From the NCBI RefSeq assembly GCF_009914755.1, contig NC_060933.1: DNA of 64,000 nt; one strand, given 5' to 3'. The translations under genes were made by a program, and so were the position numbers. Each line of letters opens with the position of its first letter. Position 1 is the first letter of the stretch. The notes below the pieces were generated by a model. It ran no database searches and was not told the DNA's origin. It saw only the letters and a list, made by a program, of their open reading frames with translations. This document shows positions 60,611 through 64,000 of this stretch, piece by piece. The stretch comes from the human T2T-CHM13v2.0 reference genome, Homo sapiens.

Positions 60611-63600
60611 TGTGCATGCACGCACATGCATGCAGGAGCTCAGCCCCCAGGGACCCACCCCCACCCCCCACCCAGCATCCAGGCACCGGGCGTTTCTGGA
60701 CCTTCTTCCTCCATCCTGCTGGGGAGGCCGCCCTCGAGACAGGAGGGCTGAAAAACATCACCTCTGCATGACAGATGAGGAAACTGAGGCAGGAAAGGGA
60801 ACACACTGACTGAGAGCCACACCTCGTCAGTGATGATGCCAAGAGCCCCAAACTCCTGGCTGGTGCCACTTCTTTCTACCCCATCACGTGGTCCCTCTTA
60901 AACATCCTAATAGAGGGAAGCAGCCCTGTGTGTGGGAGCCACATCAGGCCACATAAGAGCCACCTAGACTTGGGCTGACCTATGTCCCTGTTCTTGGGAA
61001 GCTTCCCCCTCCCCAGCCTCTCTAAGCCACAGCCTCCCCTTGGAGCCTGGACAGAATGAGGGGTCAGGAAGTCCCTCTCTCCACGGGTCTGGCCACCCCC
61101 ACTCCGGCGCCTGCCTGCCGTGCTGCAATCCTCGTGCTGGCCACCAGAGAGCAGTGCCCACTTCAGTCCAGAAAACGCAGTGTCCAGACCTGGCCCACAG
61201 CGGAACCCAAAGGAGCCGGCCACGTGGGCGGTCCTGGCCCTGCCCCCCGAGAGCAGCGGGTGGAATTCCCCAAAATGCAAGTGACCAGCCAGGGCCAGAG
61301 CCAGAGCCAGAGCCAGGTCTTCAGCAGGTTCCCATCCCTCCTGCCCTTCCTCGTTCCTAGAAGACCTCACCATTGGCTCCCCACCCACCCCGCAGGAGGG
61401 AACTTCCTGGGGAGGCTGCAGCACGCTGTCTGAAAGGGGTGTTCCGTTTTCTTGTCGTTGTCCACTTGCCTTTAAAATAAGGAATAAATTCCCAGAGACA
61501 AGGACCCCAGTAGCAAGTCTGGAGCTCAGGACCACCCCCCTCCCAAAGGCAGAAACATTACAACTGTGACCACCGCGGCCCCTGCGTGCACCTGGCCCAA
61601 TGCCTGGCATGAAATAGGAACAGATGGAAGTTGCCCGAATGAATGAGCAGGTGAGGGAAATGTCTGCACTTTGATACAGAGGCAGGACTGCAGTCAGCTC
61701 ATGGAGCTTGGACCTAAAACCGCAATTCCCTTGGAGACAAACCTCAGGCCCACAGCGGCACGGGGGCTGATTCTCAAAGACACTGCCTTACAAGGAGTGA
61801 GCTCTCAGTCCCTAGGGGAAATCAAGCCCAGGTACAGTGACGACTCCCACAGTGGCTGCATGAATGACTTCCTATATAAATTGGGAATGGATCAAAAGAC
61901 TTCTAAAATCCCCCCAGCCCTGAAGTTTCATGATGAGGTTCGGTGGCTCTCAGAAAGGCAGACGCACACCCGCAAGTCACCGAGTACTTTGTGCAGCACC
62001 GTGAGCTACACTCCTGGGAAACCGTCCCGTCGAGGGGCTCAGAGCCACTCGCCAGCCAGACACCGAGTGCTGAGAGTATGAAACGCAAGACCACACTCAG
62101 GGCCCGGGTGCACGGCCCACTGCACCTGCTGTCACTGTCTCAGAGCCCCCGAGGACGCATCCACGCTGGCTCACACACCGTGGCTCACAGCAGACAGGCC
62201 AGAGCAGGTGTTGGAGAGGGGCGGCTTGGGGGCCGCAGAGCTGACACCGAGAAAGTTCTGTCAGCCCGTCATGGCAGGAGGCTTTCCTGGAGCATTCCTC
62301 AGGGTGCTCGCTGCCCAGTGCAGCCGAGCGGGAATCTGAAGGTCTCTGGGACCACCTCCCGTGCCCACACACGAGTGCCCACAGGATTTGGAGTAAATTT
62401 CTCCCCGAGCACAAGCCCTGCTCAGAGAACCTCTTAGCACCGGCGGCCAAGCACTGGCCCCACTCCCGTCCCAGCCCAACAGCAGCTATAGACAGAGACA
62501 GATTACAGCCCCTCCCCCACCCAGAGGGAGCTCCTTAAATGAGGTACCTGGGAAAGGAAAAGGGGGCCCAAAGCCCAGGGGGGCTGCCCAGAGGGCAGGG
62601 GCCAGGTGTCAGAGGGCAGGACTGCAGCCCTGAGGGGGGTTGGCAGAGGTGTCCTGTGCTCCCGACGAGGGAGATGTTGGGGGAGTCGTCATCCCTCCAC
62701 CCAGATGCAGCTGGAGGGGACCTACCACATGCCAGGTGCTGTGCCTGGCCTGGGGACACAGGTGACTATGGCTGACACATGCCTGGCTGGGAAGGAGATG
62801 GCACGAACAAGTGTGTCCAGGAGGAAGAGTGCCACCCACGAGGAAGCCAGTTCCCTGAGGACGGAACCCAGTGGGGGGCGATCCTCCCTGGAAAACGTTC
62901 TGTCCACAGTGAAGGCAGGATGAGCAGGACGTGGCCAGGTGACGAGGAGGAGGGTGCACCTGAGCCAAAACCCGGAGCCGGGGAAGTGCAGGGCACGTGC
63001 AGGAGCCTGGGAGGGATCAAACCTGCCTGGAACTGTGCTGAACACAGCTGCGACATCAGGGGCAAGTATCCTGCAGAAGGCCGGGAGTGCCAGAGTGAGG
63101 AGCCCATGCCTGCTTCATGGGCAGAGGGAGCCACGGAAGGTTTCTGAGCAAGGGAGTGGCATGAGCTGAGCTCACCCAGACAAGGGGAGAGAGGGAGGCA
63201 TGGCTGGCTGGGGGCCCTCGAAACAGCCAGGAGCGAAGGAGCTCCCCAGGCAGGTAGCTGAGAGATGGCACCGCAGGTGGCATTTTAGAAGCAGAAGCCT
63301 CAGTGCTGGGAGTGAGAAGCACTGGGCCAGAAAGCCCAGAATGGAGGCCAATGCCTGGGGGAAAAGCAGGGGGAGGGGAGGCTCAAGGGAGGTCTTGTTG
63401 GACAGGTGAGGTTAGGACTCGGGACACCTGAGGGGGCACCTGACCTGCAGTGCCCTCCACCCGTCACCTCTACCTCCTGTGGGTCTCACCCACTGCCCTG
63501 CCCTGCCCTGCCCCAACTCCTGCTGTCCCAGGAAACTGTCCACAGTCAAAACTGAGGCTCGTTAATGAGCCCAATTCCAGTCCAAGAACACGGGCTAAGC

Positions 63601-63640
63601 CAGACGGTGGCTTCTCCCCTGCCTCAGTTTACCCACACAC

Positions 63641-63709
63641 CTGCATGGCTTCCAGTGCTTCTTTGAGCTGCTGCCTCTCAGGCCGTTCCGCAGAATGGCT
63701 CAGAAGCTC
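63641..63709 (-). CDS. VAV2: VAV2 exon 12 (69 nt), DH (RhoGEF) domain; the gene continues beyond the right edge
   Basis: [23 protein letters not shown]; ccttccag| and |GTGTGT. Confidence 0.96.
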
Positions 63710-64000
63710 CTGGAAGGGTGAGAAGAGTGTCATGTGTTACCACTCGGGGGTTCTGGCCTCTGCCCTGGCCCCTACCTGGGGCAGGAGGTGTGCACAGAAC
63801 CAAGTCCTCAGAAGAAAGCCACCCCCACCCGCCAGCCAGGCTGGGTTTGGCTGCCCGACACCAAAGGACAGAGAGTGACTCCTCCACAGGGGATACCCCA
63901 CTTCTTGGCAGGGGCGCTCCCAAACCTTGTGGATAAGGGAAGGGAGTGACCGTGAGAAGGGCCATGAAGGCAGCAAAAAGCAAGGCGCTGTGCCAGCATT

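Noticed and set aside
59537-60664. 375-aa His/Thr-rich ORF
   Set aside because: Translation of the CA-rich VNTR running into real VAV2 exon 13; only 59564-59650 is coding.

Overview
Primate genomic DNA, almost certainly human 9q34.2 (recognised from the proteins; an SVA restricts it to hominoids). Two genes lie in tandem on the minus strand. The first is the 3' part of VAV2: 19 coding exons, exons 12-30 by the 878-aa isoform numbering, 63709 to the stop at 31838, then a ~2.2-kb 3'UTR with a poly(A) signal at 29688-29693. The second is the 5' end of SARDH: first coding exon 1274-1604, the next exon running off the left edge, and candidate non-coding first exons near 5.7 and 7.1-7.4 kb. All VAV2 exons were placed by hand with GT-AG boundaries and consistent phases; they sum to 1605 nt (534 aa + stop). 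The ~22-kb interval between the genes is mostly nested retroelements (L1, Alu, a truncated SVA, MaLR and ERV LTRs) plus a 1.6-kb polypurine tract. I found no evidence of a new protein-coding system: the long ORFs in the track are low-complexity or repeat artefacts. The most interesting signals are in splicing architecture (a 15-nt microexon with an SRRM4-type acceptor, a 17+22-nt frame-coupled exon pair, a VNTR that amplifies a branch point) and in structural history (a local duplication, a twin-primed L1, a transposon-derived minisatellite). Repeat family names come from recalled consensus sequences, not from a search.
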